The position numbers and the translations under genes are program-made. From Promethearchaeota archaeon Loki_b32 (lineage in GTDB: Archaea > Asgardarchaeota > Lokiarchaeia > Sigyniarchaeales > SOKP01): a stretch of 64,000 nt of DNA. Every line of letters starts with the position of its first letter. The stretch's first letter is position 1. Location: the NCBI GenBank assembly GCA_005223125.1, contig NJBH01000003.1, forward strand, positions 96,001 to 160,000. Direction: 5' to 3'. A model generated the notes under the pieces. It had not been told where the DNA came from. It ran no database searches and worked only from the letters and a program-made list of their open reading frames with translations. This document shows, in pieces, positions 48,390-59,435 of this stretch.

Positions 48390-49022
48390 GTGAAGATTAT
48401 TCCAGCAAAAATAGATTTTAAAAAAACTCAAAAAGAATTATATCAACCTAGTTCTAAAGAAGTTGTAATGATTAAAGTACCTGAAATGCAATTCTTGATG
48501 ATTGATGGTATGGGTTCACCTGGTGATTCCCAAGAGTACCAAAACGCACTTGCTGCTCTATATCCTGTAGCGTTTAAAACGAAATTCTTAAGCAAAGCAA
48601 AAGGAAAAGACTATGTTGTACCTCCTTTAGAAGGTCTCTGGTGGGCTGATGATATGAATGATTTTCGATCAGGAAACCGAGACAAATGGAAATGGACTAT
48701 GATGATAAGGCAACCAGATTGGATCACAGAGAAATTTATTGAAGAAGCAATTGAAATAACTAAAAAAAATAAACCGGAACTTTCTGAACTACTTGATAAA
48801 CTACGTTTTGAAAGATATAATGAGGGTCAGTGTGCTCAAATTATGCATCTTGGTCCTTTTTCAGAAGAAGGACCTACAGTAGATAAAGTTCATAACTTTA
48901 TAGAAGATCAAAATGGGAAATTTGATGGGTTTAATCAAAAACATCATGAAATATATCTAAGTGATCCAAGAAAATCAAAACCAGAAAACATGAAAACTGT
49001 AATAAGACAACCGTTTGATTAA
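48390..49022 (+). CDS. GyrI-like small-molecule-binding domain protein
   Basis: PPLEGLWW, WKWTMMIRQP, HLGPFSEE and HHEIYLSDPRK. Confidence 0.88.
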   Translation: MKIIPAKIDFKKTQKELYQPSSKEVVMIKVPEMQFLMIDGMGSPGDSQEYQNALAALYPVAFKTKFLSKAKGKDYVVPPLEGLWWADDMNDFRSGNRDKWKWTMMIRQPDWITEKFIEEAIEITKKNKPELSELLDKLRFERYNEGQCAQIMHLGPFSEEGPTVDKVHNFIEDQNGKFDGFNQKHHEIYLSDPRKSKPENMKTVIRQPFD

Positions 49023-49133
49023 AATTTGGAAAGTATAAAATAATTTTTTCTTTTATTCTATTTTAATTCATTGTTCTCAAAATATAAAGCATTACCTAAA
49101 TTTAATTTGTTTCATTAAATTTAAAATAATAAG

Positions 49134-51722
49134 ATGTTTATTTATTTAGAGAATTTAGATGTATCGGAAGATATCGAAAAAGATTTATTTTTAATTCCTC
49201 AACCTCGTTACTTTAAATTTAAAAATTTTAAAAAATCCAAAATTACAGACCAATCTAAATTATTCACAGACTTAGAAGAAGACTATTCTTTTATTATTAA
49301 ACAGTTTCAAGAAAAATTAGAATATTTTGGTTTAAAAAAAGAAATAGAAGTTCACTATGTCCATGATGTTAATAGATTTCCAAAAATTGAATCGTTTTTA
49401 GAAAATAATAAAAAATTATTTCCAGATAAGCTTTATCAGAAAATCTTAAATGAACAAAATTATACTGATCAAGGATACATTTTAGTTTCTCAAGAATCTT
49501 CTATATATATCGAAGCACCCTCATACCAAGGGATATTCTATGGTATCCAAACATTAATTCAATTATTAAATTCAAGTCAGGATAAATTATCTATAAACGA
49601 AGTAAGAATAATTGATTATCCTGCATTAAAAATTAGAGGTGTTTCAGATGATATTTCAAGAGGTCAATCACCTACTATTGCGAATTTAAAGAAATTCATC
49701 AAAGAATTAAGTCACTACAAAATTAATCAGTATTTTTTAGTATACATGAATGATATGTTTAAATTTTCTAATCACCCTAAAATTGGAAAGGATCGAGGGG
49801 GTTTCTCAAAAGAAGATATCATAGAATTATTGGTTTTCGCAAAAGAACACTTTATTGAAGTGATTCCAGTTTTTCAAACTATTGGTCATTGGGATAATAT
49901 TCTAAATAATCCAGATTATTGGGAGTATGGGGAATTTCCCGGTTCTAATAGTTTAAATATAGCTAATGAAAAGATCTATGAACTTTTGGATGAAATGATA
50001 GGTGAATTGAGTACTGCTTTTAGTTCTGAGTATTTTCATATTGGAGCAGATGAAAGTTGGGATGTTGGAAAACTAGGTTCAAGAGAAATGGTGGAAAATA
50101 TTGGCATTGGACAGGCTTATCTTAACCATTATAAAAAAGTATATGAAATTGTGAAGAAATATGGGTATAAGAAAGTGATTATTTACCATGACATTCTCTA
50201 TAAATATAAAGAAGTCCTCGAAGGTTTACCAAAAGATGTAATAATAATGTACTGGAAATATAATACCCACAAAAATCATCCTATAATAAAGAAAATTAAA
50301 AAATATAATTTTCCATTAATAGTAAGCCCATCTATTATGGATTATAATCGGATTTTCCCTTCTTTTGATAAATATGAAAAAAATATTATAAATTTAATCA
50401 AATTTGGTTATGAAAATGGCGCAATTGGAGAAATAACCTCGAGCTGGGGCGATTATCGGAATAAGGAAATTCGAGAAAATCGATTTTATGGATTTATTTT
50501 TTCTGCTATGATTGGATGGGATCCAACTAGAGAAATTAATACTTTTTATTTTTGGAAGGGTTTATTTCTTCACTTTTTTGGTATTATAGATATCAAACTA
50601 ATCCATATTTTAAGCAAATTTCGTTCAATCCAAGATAGAAGCCTTTTATTTGTGCGTCCTACTGCATACTTTAATCACTTTTTTGCTCATCCATATTCAA
50701 ATAACACGACGAGACATAAAAAAAATATAAAAACTTCCAAGTTTGATAGGTTGGTAACTGATTTGAATGAAATTGTAAAAAATTGTGAAGAGTTAGAAGA
50801 GAAAGTCCTCAGAAATAAAATTAATATTAGAAATCTTGCGTTTGTTGCAAAACACAATAGATTTTTCTGCAAAAAAAGATTGAATTCAAAATCCTTGGTA
50901 GGAGTTAAGTTTTTTAGTGAAGATTATAAAGATCAGAAAATCAATGAAATTAGAGATTTATTATCTGATTTAACATTATTATTAGAAGAATATGAAATTT
51001 TGTGGTTAGAAAGTGCAAAAAAGGAAGGATTTGAGTCAATTAAAAGGTTATATTTATGGTTAATAAAGTTTTATGAAGAAAAAATTGAACAATTACAAAA
51101 TAATATAAATTGGAAAAATCCTAATATCCCTAGTGAGTTAATATATCTAGATAATGAATCTTTACAGACAGTTCATACAACTTATTATAAGTATGTGATA
51201 AATATTGAAGGAAAAATAGAAGCTGCTTATCTACAGGTAATTGCAGGTACTTTTGCCAAAATTTTCGTAAATAACTCATATATAGGGCATACAATTACAA
51301 GACATTCACTTAATTTTATTGTAATAGAAAATAATATTCAAATATTTGATATAAAGGAATGTCTCAATCAAGGAGAAAATGAAATTAGAATTGAAAATTC
51401 TGATTTTATTGGTGGTATAGGTCCTATAAATATTTATGGCGAAATTGAATTATTGAATGAAGAAAGAATTGAAATATCGACTGATAAGACATGGTTGGCT
51501 ACGAGAAAATTAAATGGAGAGTGGAGAGGGGTAAAAAGTTTTGGTAGGCCTCCTAAAGGTACTGGAGGTTTATATTATCCAGATTTTAAAAATTCCCTAC
51601 ACTCAAAAGAAAATGATGCTCTAGCATTTTTAAATTCAATTGTGAGTAGAAAATCTAGAAGATCTTTTTGGCTATTAAAAATGGTATTTAGGCTTTTTTA
51701 TCGCTTAAGTATTTTAGTATAA
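49134..51722 (+). CDS. Glycoside hydrolase family 20 beta-N-acetylhexosaminidase with C-terminal beta-sandwich
   Basis: [27 protein letters not shown] and catalytic HIGADE. Confidence 0.88.
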   Translation: MFIYLENLDVSEDIEKDLFLIPQPRYFKFKNFKKSKITDQSKLFTDLEEDYSFIIKQFQEKLEYFGLKKEIEVHYVHDVNRFPKIESFLENNKKLFPDKLYQKILNEQNYTDQGYILVSQESSIYIEAPSYQGIFYGIQTLIQLLNSSQDKLSINEVRIIDYPALKIRGVSDDISRGQSPTIANLKKFIKELSHYKINQYFLVYMNDMFKFSNHPKIGKDRGGFSKEDIIELLVFAKEHFIEVIPVFQTIGHWDNILNNPDYWEYGEFPGSNSLNIANEKIYELLDEMIGELSTAFSSEYFHIGADESWDVGKLGSREMVENIGIGQAYLNHYKKVYEIVKKYGYKKVIIYHDILYKYKEVLEGLPKDVIIMYWKYNTHKNHPIIKKIKKYNFPLIVSPSIMDYNRIFPSFDKYEKNIINLIKFGYENGAIGEITSSWGDYRNKEIRENRFYGFIFSAMIGWDPTREINTFYFWKGLFLHFFGIIDIKLIHILSKFRSIQDRSLLFVRPTAYFNHFFAHPYSNNTTRHKKNIKTSKFDRLVTDLNEIVKNCEELEEKVLRNKINIRNLAFVAKHNRFFCKKRLNSKSLVGVKFFSEDYKDQKINEIRDLLSDLTLLLEEYEILWLESAKKEGFESIKRLYLWLIKFYEEKIEQLQNNINWKNPNIPSELIYLDNESLQTVHTTYYKYVINIEGKIEAAYLQVIAGTFAKIFVNNSYIGHTITRHSLNFIVIENNIQIFDIKECLNQGENEIRIENSDFIGGIGPINIYGEIELLNEERIEISTDKTWLATRKLNGEWRGVKSFGRPPKGTGGLYYPDFKNSLHSKENDALAFLNSIVSRKSRRSFWLLKMVFRLFYRLSILV

Positions 51723-51815
51723 GAAAGTATATGGAATTTCTAACAATAACATCAAAATTTATATATTCCAACCATATAGTAATTTTAATAAAAACATAAT
51801 TTATTGGTTTAGAAA

Positions 51816-51965
51816 ATGAGTAATCAAGAGCGAGAAAAAATCAATGTAAGAGATTGGATAACACTTAGCACAGTTATGACTGGTGCTGTTTTAACAATTC
51901 TAGCTTTAATTTGGCAAGTTCCACCACCTACTGCTAATCTTTTACATTATTTAATTAAAAAATAA
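51816..51965 (+). CDS. 49-aa single-TM ORF, possibly a truncated membrane protein remnant
   Basis: MSNQEREKINVRDWITLSTVMTGAVLTILALIWQVPPPTANLLHYLIKK. Confidence 0.45.
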   Translation: MSNQEREKINVRDWITLSTVMTGAVLTILALIWQVPPPTANLLHYLIKK

Positions 51966-51978
51966 TAAGAATCTGAAT

Positions 51979-52446
51979 ATGTCAAAATTAAAATTGAAGC
52001 CTTCTGATTGGAAGGATTATATAGGTAAAGAGATAGGAATCTCTGATTGGTATGAGGTAACCCAAGAGGAAATTACCGAATATGGAAAGTTAATTGGCGA
52101 TATGCAATGGATACACACCGACCCCTATCGGGCTAAAAAAGAATCTCCTTATGGAACAACTATAGCACATGGGAACTGGTTAATCTCTATTGTGGTTCCA
52201 AAATTGTTATTTCCACTTTATCGACCAATCAATACTGGAATGATCATTAATTATGGTTGGAATAAAATTAGATTCCCTGCACCAGCGCCCGTTGGAAAAC
52301 GTATTAGAAGTAATATGAAAGTGACTGACGTAAGAGAGATCGGTAATGATGCTTATGATGTAGAATACGAAATGACAATCAATGTTGAAGGAGAAAGTAA
52401 ACCATGTTGTGTAGCTAGCAAAATTACTAGGTATTATCCAAGTTAA
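51979..52446 (+). CDS. MaoC family (R)-enoyl-CoA dehydratase
   Basis: GDMQWIHTDP, TIAHG and NYGWNKIRFPAP. Confidence 0.9.
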   Translation: MSKLKLKPSDWKDYIGKEIGISDWYEVTQEEITEYGKLIGDMQWIHTDPYRAKKESPYGTTIAHGNWLISIVVPKLLFPLYRPINTGMIINYGWNKIRFPAPAPVGKRIRSNMKVTDVREIGNDAYDVEYEMTINVEGESKPCCVASKITRYYPS

Positions 52447-52514
52447 AATGATACAATAGAAAAATTCAGTAATCTATTTTTTATTCATCTTTTATTTATT
52501 TTTAATGGCTACTC

Positions 52515-53306
52515 TTATTTACCAACAAAATCAGGCTCTTTTTCTTCAATTAAAGCATAAACACCTATCTTATAATCTTCGGTTTCGGCAGATTTAACTT
52601 GCATTTGTTTTTCATTTTCGAGATGATTTTCAAGGGGGGTGCTTAGAGAGTTAAAGAATAATTTCTTAGTTCTAGCATATGCTAATGTTGGCCCTCTAGC
52701 AAGTCGTTGTGCCCATTTTAGAGTAACTTCTTCTAAATTTTCATGAGAAGTAATTTCATTTATAAAACCAAGTTTAAACATTTCTTCAGCAGAATAGGTA
52801 TCTCCAAAAAAAGACATTTGAGTAGCTTGCTGCCATGTAAGTTGGCGACTGAGCAAAATTGTTCCAGCAAATCCAGGTATTAAACCAAGTTTACTAAAAG
52901 ATTGTCTAAATTTTGCATTTTCTGATGCGATAATGAAATCGCATGATAACGCAAGATTCATTCCAGCACCAATAGCCCATCCATTCACGGCCGCTATTAC
53001 TGGCTTTGGATAAAGTCGTAAGGTTATCGCAATCTTATACAAATCATTCAATGTTTCCTCCATAACTTGACCTGGCGTACCATTTTCTATACCTGATTTA
53101 AATTGCTTTATATCCCCACCAGCAGAAAAAGCTCTCCCAGAACCTATGATTATTAAACATCTCACTCCATTATTATCCTTAAGAATTTCTAAAGCATCAT
53201 ATAATTCTTTTCCAGTTTCTTTGTTTAGTGGATTTAAATTTTCAGGATCCATTAATTTTATAGTAGCAATATTGTCTCTAATTTCTAAAGTAATTTTATT
53301 TCCCAT
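52515..53306 (-). CDS. Enoyl-CoA hydratase/isomerase (crotonase family, PaaG-like)
   Basis: AFSAGGD, PVIAAVNGWAIGAG and LGLIPG. Confidence 0.9.
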   Translation of the reverse strand: MGNKITLEIRDNIATIKLMDPENLNPLNKETGKELYDALEILKDNNGVRCLIIIGSGRAFSAGGDIKQFKSGIENGTPGQVMEETLNDLYKIAITLRLYPKPVIAAVNGWAIGAGMNLALSCDFIIASENAKFRQSFSKLGLIPGFAGTILLSRQLTWQQATQMSFFGDTYSAEEMFKLGFINEITSHENLEEVTLKWAQRLARGPTLAYARTKKLFFNSLSTPLENHLENEKQMQVKSAETEDYKIGVYALIEEKEPDFVGK

Positions 53307-53310
53307 GGCT

Positions 53311-54531
53311 TTACTTACCCCACATTCTTATCATTTCTCTTGAAATTAAATACTTCATTATTTCAGTCGATCCCGCTGCTATTTGCCCTACTTTAGCATC
53401 TCTGTAATAGCGTTCTAAGGGATATTCTTCAGAATAACCTAAACCACCAACAATCTGAATAGCATCTTGTGTAATTTTTACAGTAGCATCTGCAAGCTTA
53501 GCTTTAACCGCAGCAACTGATGCTCTACAGTAATGCCCTTCATCAAGCATTCTCGCTATTTGCGCCATAGCCATCCTATTTAATTCTATGTCCATAAACA
53601 TTTCACTTAGTTTGAACGAAATTCCTTCAAATGAGTAAATTGGTTTTTTAAATTGAATCCTCTTATGAGCATACTTGTATGCCACTTCGAACGCACTTCT
53701 TGCTAAACCAACATATTGAGATGCAGTAAAGGTTCTCTCACCATCAAGTCCAAACATCAATACCTCAACTCCTTCATTTTCCTTATGGATTAAATTTTCG
53801 ACTGGTACTTTACAATTATTAAATTGGAGATGAGAATTTGGCATTCCTCTACGGCCCATATGATTATAATCTTTGATAACCTCAAATCCTGATGTCTCCG
53901 TCTCAAAGATGAAGGCTGAAATACCTTGATGCCTTCTAACTTGGTCATTAGTAACTGCATATAAACAAATGTAGTCTGCAACACTTCCGTTAGTTATAAA
54001 TCTTTTTTCTCCATTTAGTATATAGTAATCTCCCTGTTTCCTGGCTCTTAGATTCATTCCTCCTACAGCATCAGAACCTCCTGTAGGTTCTGTTATCCCT
54101 ATTGCCCCAATTTTTGTACCATCAGCAATACCTGTAAGATATTTCTTTTTTTGTTCAGAAGTTCCATATTCAATAATAGGGCCAGTAAATAGACAAGAGG
54201 AAGCGCCAAATATTGTTGCGATGGAATAATTAAAAGCAGATAACTCTTCGCCAAAAATCGTACGGTACAGTATTCCCTTACCTAATCCCCCAGCTTCTTC
54301 AGGAATTACTATGTTTAGATATGGTTTCATTTTTCGTAGAGTTTCCACAGCTAATTTTGTATTTCTTTCCTTATCAATCTTATCAGAAACGGGTTGTATA
54401 TTTTCTTCGCACCATTTACGCACTTCCATGCGGAATTCGTTTTCTTCTTCTGAATAATAATATAATCTATCAGGCATACAAGAATATCCAAAATTTAAAT
54501 TTAAATCCTCAAATTGTATATTTCCAACCAT
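53311..54531 (-). CDS. Acyl-CoA dehydrogenase
   Basis: ITEPTGGSD, LNGEKRFITNG, GGLGY and ERYYRDAK. Confidence 0.92.
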   Translation of the reverse strand: MVGNIQFEDLNLNFGYSCMPDRLYYYSEEENEFRMEVRKWCEENIQPVSDKIDKERNTKLAVETLRKMKPYLNIVIPEEAGGLGKGILYRTIFGEELSAFNYSIATIFGASSCLFTGPIIEYGTSEQKKKYLTGIADGTKIGAIGITEPTGGSDAVGGMNLRARKQGDYYILNGEKRFITNGSVADYICLYAVTNDQVRRHQGISAFIFETETSGFEVIKDYNHMGRRGMPNSHLQFNNCKVPVENLIHKENEGVEVLMFGLDGERTFTASQYVGLARSAFEVAYKYAHKRIQFKKPIYSFEGISFKLSEMFMDIELNRMAMAQIARMLDEGHYCRASVAAVKAKLADATVKITQDAIQIVGGLGYSEEYPLERYYRDAKVGQIAAGSTEIMKYLISREMIRMWGK

Positions 54532-54710
54532 TTAAATCAATTTATTATTAATTTTAGAGATAGTTAAAAATTAATTAAAAACCTCAATGAAATATCAAAT
54601 TATAAGTTTGTTACGTATAAAATCTCTCTAATTAAAATATTTTATTTCGTATAATGCTCTTGCTATTGATTCTTAAGGAAATAGAAAATATTAAAGTCAA
54701 GAAATATAAT

Positions 54711-57125
54711 TCATTCAGTAAAACACAGTAAATCCTTCTGGATGGATTTATTATTGAAATCTAATTTCAGAAGCGCTTCAAGTTCGGGGAATTTAAAAGG
54801 AAAAATGTTTTCAAACGCTCTTTTTAGCAGTTCAACATATTTCTTTCTGTCGTATTCGTGCCTTTTCTCATCATACAAATCTGAAAGTATTACTTTTTTT
54901 TCAGGAAAATCAGCATCAGCATCAGCATTAAGAATAATATATCTCACATTTTTCCCAGCAGACGCTACTACACCTGATCTTTCTAACTGTCTAGCAGCAA
55001 CCGCTTGGTAGCTATTTACTTTGTATTGATTTGGACTTCGAGAGATCTTTTGTTTTATCGTTAGCTCATCTCTTGATACTTCTCCTGAGTACACCCTCTC
55101 CACATATTCGAAGAGCTTTTTCTTTGCTTGAGGAATTCTTTCATTGAACTCATCAGCGGTCTTTGCTCCTTGAAATATGTCAATAAAAGCGTATTGAGCA
55201 TCTTTCACAATTTTGGGCGTATCTCTACGTCTCACTTCAATGCCTCTCACCTTAATCTCTCCGTTACTTTTTATCCCCCAGTAGTGATTTAGTGTCGGAA
55301 TGTCGTGTTCTGCTCGGGAAGGTAAGAAAACGATTACATTATATATCCCCTCCCAATTCATGGGAATTTTCATCTCTCGTGTGATTTTTTCCGCAATACC
55401 TTTTGTCAACTTTTCAAATTCTTCTGGAGTTCTTCCTTTCGTATCTTGGAGCCACAATGAATCCACAATTCCATGAATAATTCGGCATCCATGCTGTTCG
55501 GCAATCTCAGCAGAGCGCATTAGAAATTCTCGAGCAAAAGCACATACCGTTTGGTGGGCTTCGATTTTTCCAAAACGTGCATTCTTGAATCCTAAATAGC
55601 CAAAACTTACAACAAGTACCCATTTTAATGCAATATCCGTAAATTTATAACGAAGATCATCATGAGTTTTGTTATAATCTTTATACTGGAGACGTTTTCT
55701 TAGCGGTAGGCTGATTGATTTTGAGATGATTCCTTGCCTTTTGGAGCAAATATGAAAACTTCCACCCCCTGGCACTCTAAGTCCTGTTCCATCATCTTTG
55801 CAACATTTACAGTTTATTGTCTCTGAAGAAATGTTAAAATTTGCCATTAAAGATGGATACATTGAAGAAAAATCTAACTCTACGACTTGATCGAAGACTC
55901 CAATTAACGGTTCGAATATATGTCCTCCTCGATCATTTGTAATCAAATCCATACCACTTCGAAAATCTTCTGGACTCTTCTTGAAAGGGGGGATAAGATG
56001 ATCTAGTTTATATGCATTATAATATTGGATAGATTGAAGAGCACCTCCAATTGTTATTCTGCATAACCTCTGCATTGGTACACGTGAAATACGTGCGACT
56101 TCGATCACACCAGGGATATTACCCTCGCTAAAATGTAAACTGCCATAAGTCGTAGTGTCTAAATGAAAACGCCCTGTAAAGTAAACTTGTGTTTTCGAAC
56201 GTCGCATTATTATTCCATAAGACATGTAATGATCTGAGTTTCCTGAAAGGTTGAAGATACAATTTCTAAGTGGTGTTTTAGTACGAGAAAAATATAGATC
56301 CTTTGATACTCGATTCACTGATGCTCGAGCAGCCAAGTAAGGAAATACGAATTCATCTCCTCCATGTGTCAATATTATATCTGGATTTAATCGCTCAATC
56401 ACCTTACTAATTGTCTTGATGGTTTCAGCTTCATCAGCTTTATCGATTAGAATCTTTCTTTTCCTCTGTCCGTCTGCTCTTGGGATGTTGGCTTTTTCAT
56501 CTTTTTCAACAATACTAACTTCTGCATATAGCAGAGGGTCGTTGTAATATGATCTCATTCCACGTTGCTGTATTTTAATATCCAACCACACAGCTTTTAG
56601 AGGAGGTAAATCGTAAAACAATTCTTCGTTGTTGTCTTTTAATTCTAATGATATTAAACGCATTGAGTGCTCGTTTGCTTTTTTCTTCTTTTCAAGTTTG
56701 ACCTTTAAACCGCATAAAGACATTGGAAATAAGTCATTTACATAGAAATACATCTGAGAGATTGGAAGATCTGTATTATATGTTGTAAAAAGACCAATTT
56801 CATCGATTTCTTTTATTGTTTTCTTGAACACCGAAGGTTTTACTACAGAAACTCCAAATATTTTTGCTTTTTCATGATCTTCCAGCTTCACATATTTTTC
56901 ACAGATTCTCACACCTTTTATATTGTGATGAGATTTAAGAATCTGTTTTAGTCTCTTAAAATCTTTGCCAACATGTCGTTTTGGCACGGCGAAAAACTCG
57001 GGGTGGAAGTCATGGAAAATTTTTACTACCTTTTGCTCTTTTACAGTTTTCACCCAAAGAATGACTCCATTGTTATACGTGGTGACATCTAACAGCCAAC
57101 CATCAAATTGATCTTGGAAATCCAA
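54711..57125 (-). CDS. polB2: Family B DNA polymerase, PolB2 (Dpo2) type
   Basis: DFSSMYPS, KWVLVVSFGYLG, motif C altered to HGIVDS, degenerate ExoI (LDIKI), GIEVRRRDTP; PIP-like tail QKDLLCF. Confidence 0.9.
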   Translation of the reverse strand: MDFQDQFDGWLLDVTTYNNGVILWVKTVKEQKVVKIFHDFHPEFFAVPKRHVGKDFKRLKQILKSHHNIKGVRICEKYVKLEDHEKAKIFGVSVVKPSVFKKTIKEIDEIGLFTTYNTDLPISQMYFYVNDLFPMSLCGLKVKLEKKKKANEHSMRLISLELKDNNEELFYDLPPLKAVWLDIKIQQRGMRSYYNDPLLYAEVSIVEKDEKANIPRADGQRKRKILIDKADEAETIKTISKVIERLNPDIILTHGGDEFVFPYLAARASVNRVSKDLYFSRTKTPLRNCIFNLSGNSDHYMSYGIIMRRSKTQVYFTGRFHLDTTTYGSLHFSEGNIPGVIEVARISRVPMQRLCRITIGGALQSIQYYNAYKLDHLIPPFKKSPEDFRSGMDLITNDRGGHIFEPLIGVFDQVVELDFSSMYPSLMANFNISSETINCKCCKDDGTGLRVPGGGSFHICSKRQGIISKSISLPLRKRLQYKDYNKTHDDLRYKFTDIALKWVLVVSFGYLGFKNARFGKIEAHQTVCAFAREFLMRSAEIAEQHGCRIIHGIVDSLWLQDTKGRTPEEFEKLTKGIAEKITREMKIPMNWEGIYNVIVFLPSRAEHDIPTLNHYWGIKSNGEIKVRGIEVRRRDTPKIVKDAQYAFIDIFQGAKTADEFNERIPQAKKKLFEYVERVYSGEVSRDELTIKQKISRSPNQYKVNSYQAVAARQLERSGVVASAGKNVRYIILNADADADFPEKKVILSDLYDEKRHEYDRKKYVELLKRAFENIFPFKFPELEALLKLDFNNKSIQKDLLCFTE

Positions 57126-57128
57126 TCC

Positions 57129-57401
57129 CTAACCTTTTCTTTTTATCATTTTTTCTAATTCTTTTACTTTCTCTTCTAACATCTCGATTTTTTTTTCTTG
57201 TTCAACTGCAAAGGAGATGAATAATACTTCTGATAGCAGTGGACGTGCACTCAAACTCCCCGCATCTGCGTGTATTCGAGCAAAATTCATCAATTTATCA
57301 AATATTTTCTGTTCTTCTGGACGCAATGCTCTTTTGAAGTCCTTCCAGCTTTCAATTTCATGCTCCAAAGCAGGTCTAAAAGAAGGTACAGTTCTACCCA
57401 T
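57129..57401 (-). CDS. PolB2-associated small protein (arCOG07300-like)
   Basis: MGRTVPSFR...WKDFKRALR signature directly upstream of polB2. Confidence 0.82.
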   Translation of the reverse strand: MGRTVPSFRPALEHEIESWKDFKRALRPEEQKIFDKLMNFARIHADAGSLSARPLLSEVLFISFAVEQEKKIEMLEEKVKELEKMIKRKG

Positions 57402-57591
57402 TTTTTATTTCATCCGATTCTGTTAGAATCCCAGAGAATAAGTATTTCGATAAATTAAAAGGAGAATACATTACTAATTTTCTAATTTCTGAGACAATCT
57501 AATTCACTAAGATTTATTCCATCTAAATAAATAGAATCCTTAATTACTATTTCTTATAAATTTGATTATAAATAATGTAAGCACGATAGAA

Positions 57592-58562
57592 ATGAGTTAT
57601 AAAATCATTGATTCTCTTTGTTATGTTCCTACTGAAGAAGTGTTCGTTGATCTTTTAGTATCTTTGCCTCCACAAATGACTAGATACCTAAAAGATGTTT
57701 TTGGTCCAAGAGTAGCCCCTCTCTTAGGTATTACATCAGATGAACTATATAAAATAAAATCAACTCTAAGTACATTCGAACTTAAGAAAGCAATTAAACC
57801 TTATTTACCCAAAATAAGGAAATTAACTATGTCAGTTGAAAAATTTGTTGAACTACTCAATAAAATGGGAGTAGAAAAAGCAGTGATCTTCAATTTAGAT
57901 GAAGAAACCCCTAGTGGTATCGCTGGGCTTCCAAATGATTATTATGCGGAGATAGTAAGACAATTTCCAGACAAGTTCATAGGATTTGCTGGTATTGACC
58001 CCTGAAAAAAAAGAAGGCTATTCAAGAAATTAAGCGATCGTATGAGTTAGGTCTAAGAGGGATCGCAATCAGACCTTTTATGTTTCAAATCCCTCCCACT
58101 GATAAAAAAATGTATCCAATTTATTCTACATGCGTAGAATTTGATATACCTATTTGGTTTCATATATCTATTAATTATTCAACAAATACAATGGGAGTCG
58201 AACGTCCAATCTATCTTGATGTTGTTGCTCAAGACTTTCCTGAATTAAAAATAATTGCCGGACATGGAGGATGGCCTTGGGTAAATGAAATGGTTGCTGT
58301 TGCCTGGCGTAATCCTAATATTTATATTGATATTGCTTCTTACTTGCCTAAATATATAGGCATGCAAGGAACAGGATGGGAACCCCTAATGCACTTTGGT
58401 AATTCTGTTTTACAAGATAAAATCCTATTTGGCTCCACTTGGCTTTTCATGGGAATGTCAATAAAACAACTTGCAGATGAAGTCATGAAATTACTTTTAA
58501 AGGAAAAAGTAAAAGAAAAATGGCTCTATGGTAACGCGGCTCGACTTTTGGGTATAAAGTGA
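57592..58562 (+). pseudogene. Amidohydrolase_2 family protein split by a 1-nt frameshift at about 58000
   Basis: FIGFAGIDP (frame 1) continues as LKKKKAIQEIKRSYELGLRGI in the -1 frame; second half has PIWFH, AGHGGWPW and LFGS. Confidence 0.8.
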
Positions 58563-58579
58563 ACAATTATTTTATATTT

Positions 58580-58717
58580 TTACTCTTTATCTTCACACTC
58601 AGGACATTTTATCTCATCAAAATCTTCTAAATCACTTCTCCAAACATAAATTATACTATTACCTTCACATAATTTACATTTTTTCACATCGCCTTTAGGG
58701 TATACAATATAACTCAA
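58580..58717 (-). CDS. 45-aa zinc-finger microprotein
   Basis: AGGTGA SD upstream of TTG; MSYIVYPKGDVKKCKLCEGNSIIYVWRSDLEDFDEIKCPECEDKE. Confidence 0.65.
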   Translation of the reverse strand: MSYIVYPKGDVKKCKLCEGNSIIYVWRSDLEDFDEIKCPECEDKE

Positions 58718-58919
58718 ATTTTTATTTCACCTTCCAAATGAAATCAAGCTACAATATCTATACCTAATTCCAACAAACTATGATAATTTTACCTATTTAA
58801 ATGTTTTCATATTTTTTGAAACTTGAGAAGATATTTCTTCTTAAAAAATATAAAAAAATATTAATTAATCTCGAAACTTATTAGTTTAAAACAGAAAAAC
58901 AAAGCATAATGATGTAGCA

Positions 58920-59339
58920 ATGGTTGAAGACATAAAAAAATGGCATGCTCCTTGTGGCATCTATTGCAAGAGATGTCCTGGTGTAGAATCTTTTGGATGT
59001 AATGGGTGTCGTGATCAAAAAGGCCAAATATTAAAATTTCCAGTTTGTAAAACTTATGATTGTGTTACTAGTAAGGGTTATGAATTTTGCTATGAATGTG
59101 CTGATTTTCCTTGTGAAATGTTGCAGCCTATAGTAAATTTTGAAATCTTTAAACCCCATAATTCTAAAGTGTACAACTCAATTATGATAAAAAAGTTAGG
59201 TTTAGAGGAATGGAATAAAATCTGTGATTATAAAACTACCCTTTATTACCAGGGGAGAAAAGTACAATATGGTGGCGATCCTCTCACTTTAGAGGAAAAG
59301 GACCCTAATATGTATAAAAAAAAGAATGAAGAAGACTAA
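58920..59339 (+). CDS. DUF3795-like Cys-rich protein
   Basis: APCGIYCKRCP, CNGC and FCYECADFPC. Confidence 0.8.
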   Translation: MVEDIKKWHAPCGIYCKRCPGVESFGCNGCRDQKGQILKFPVCKTYDCVTSKGYEFCYECADFPCEMLQPIVNFEIFKPHNSKVYNSIMIKKLGLEEWNKICDYKTTLYYQGRKVQYGGDPLTLEEKDPNMYKKKNEED

Positions 59340-59435
59340 ATTCATTTTAGGTTAGTTATATGCTACAAATCTCCTAAAATACCTAGACTATCACTAATCC
59401 TCGAAAAAGTAAATCAAATTATACTATCAAAAAAG

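Noticed and set aside
57416-57430. Palindrome GATTCT-GTT-AGAATC upstream of the polB2 operon as a damage-response operator
   Set aside because: It is a single copy, and the palindrome upstream of the RadA-like gene (62454-62470) has a different sequence. Both are plausible by chance in AT-rich DNA.
58003-58005. TGA in the amidohydrolase as a selenocysteine codon
   Set aside because: Read-through in the same frame hits TAG within about 15 codons; the homology continues in the -1 frame instead.
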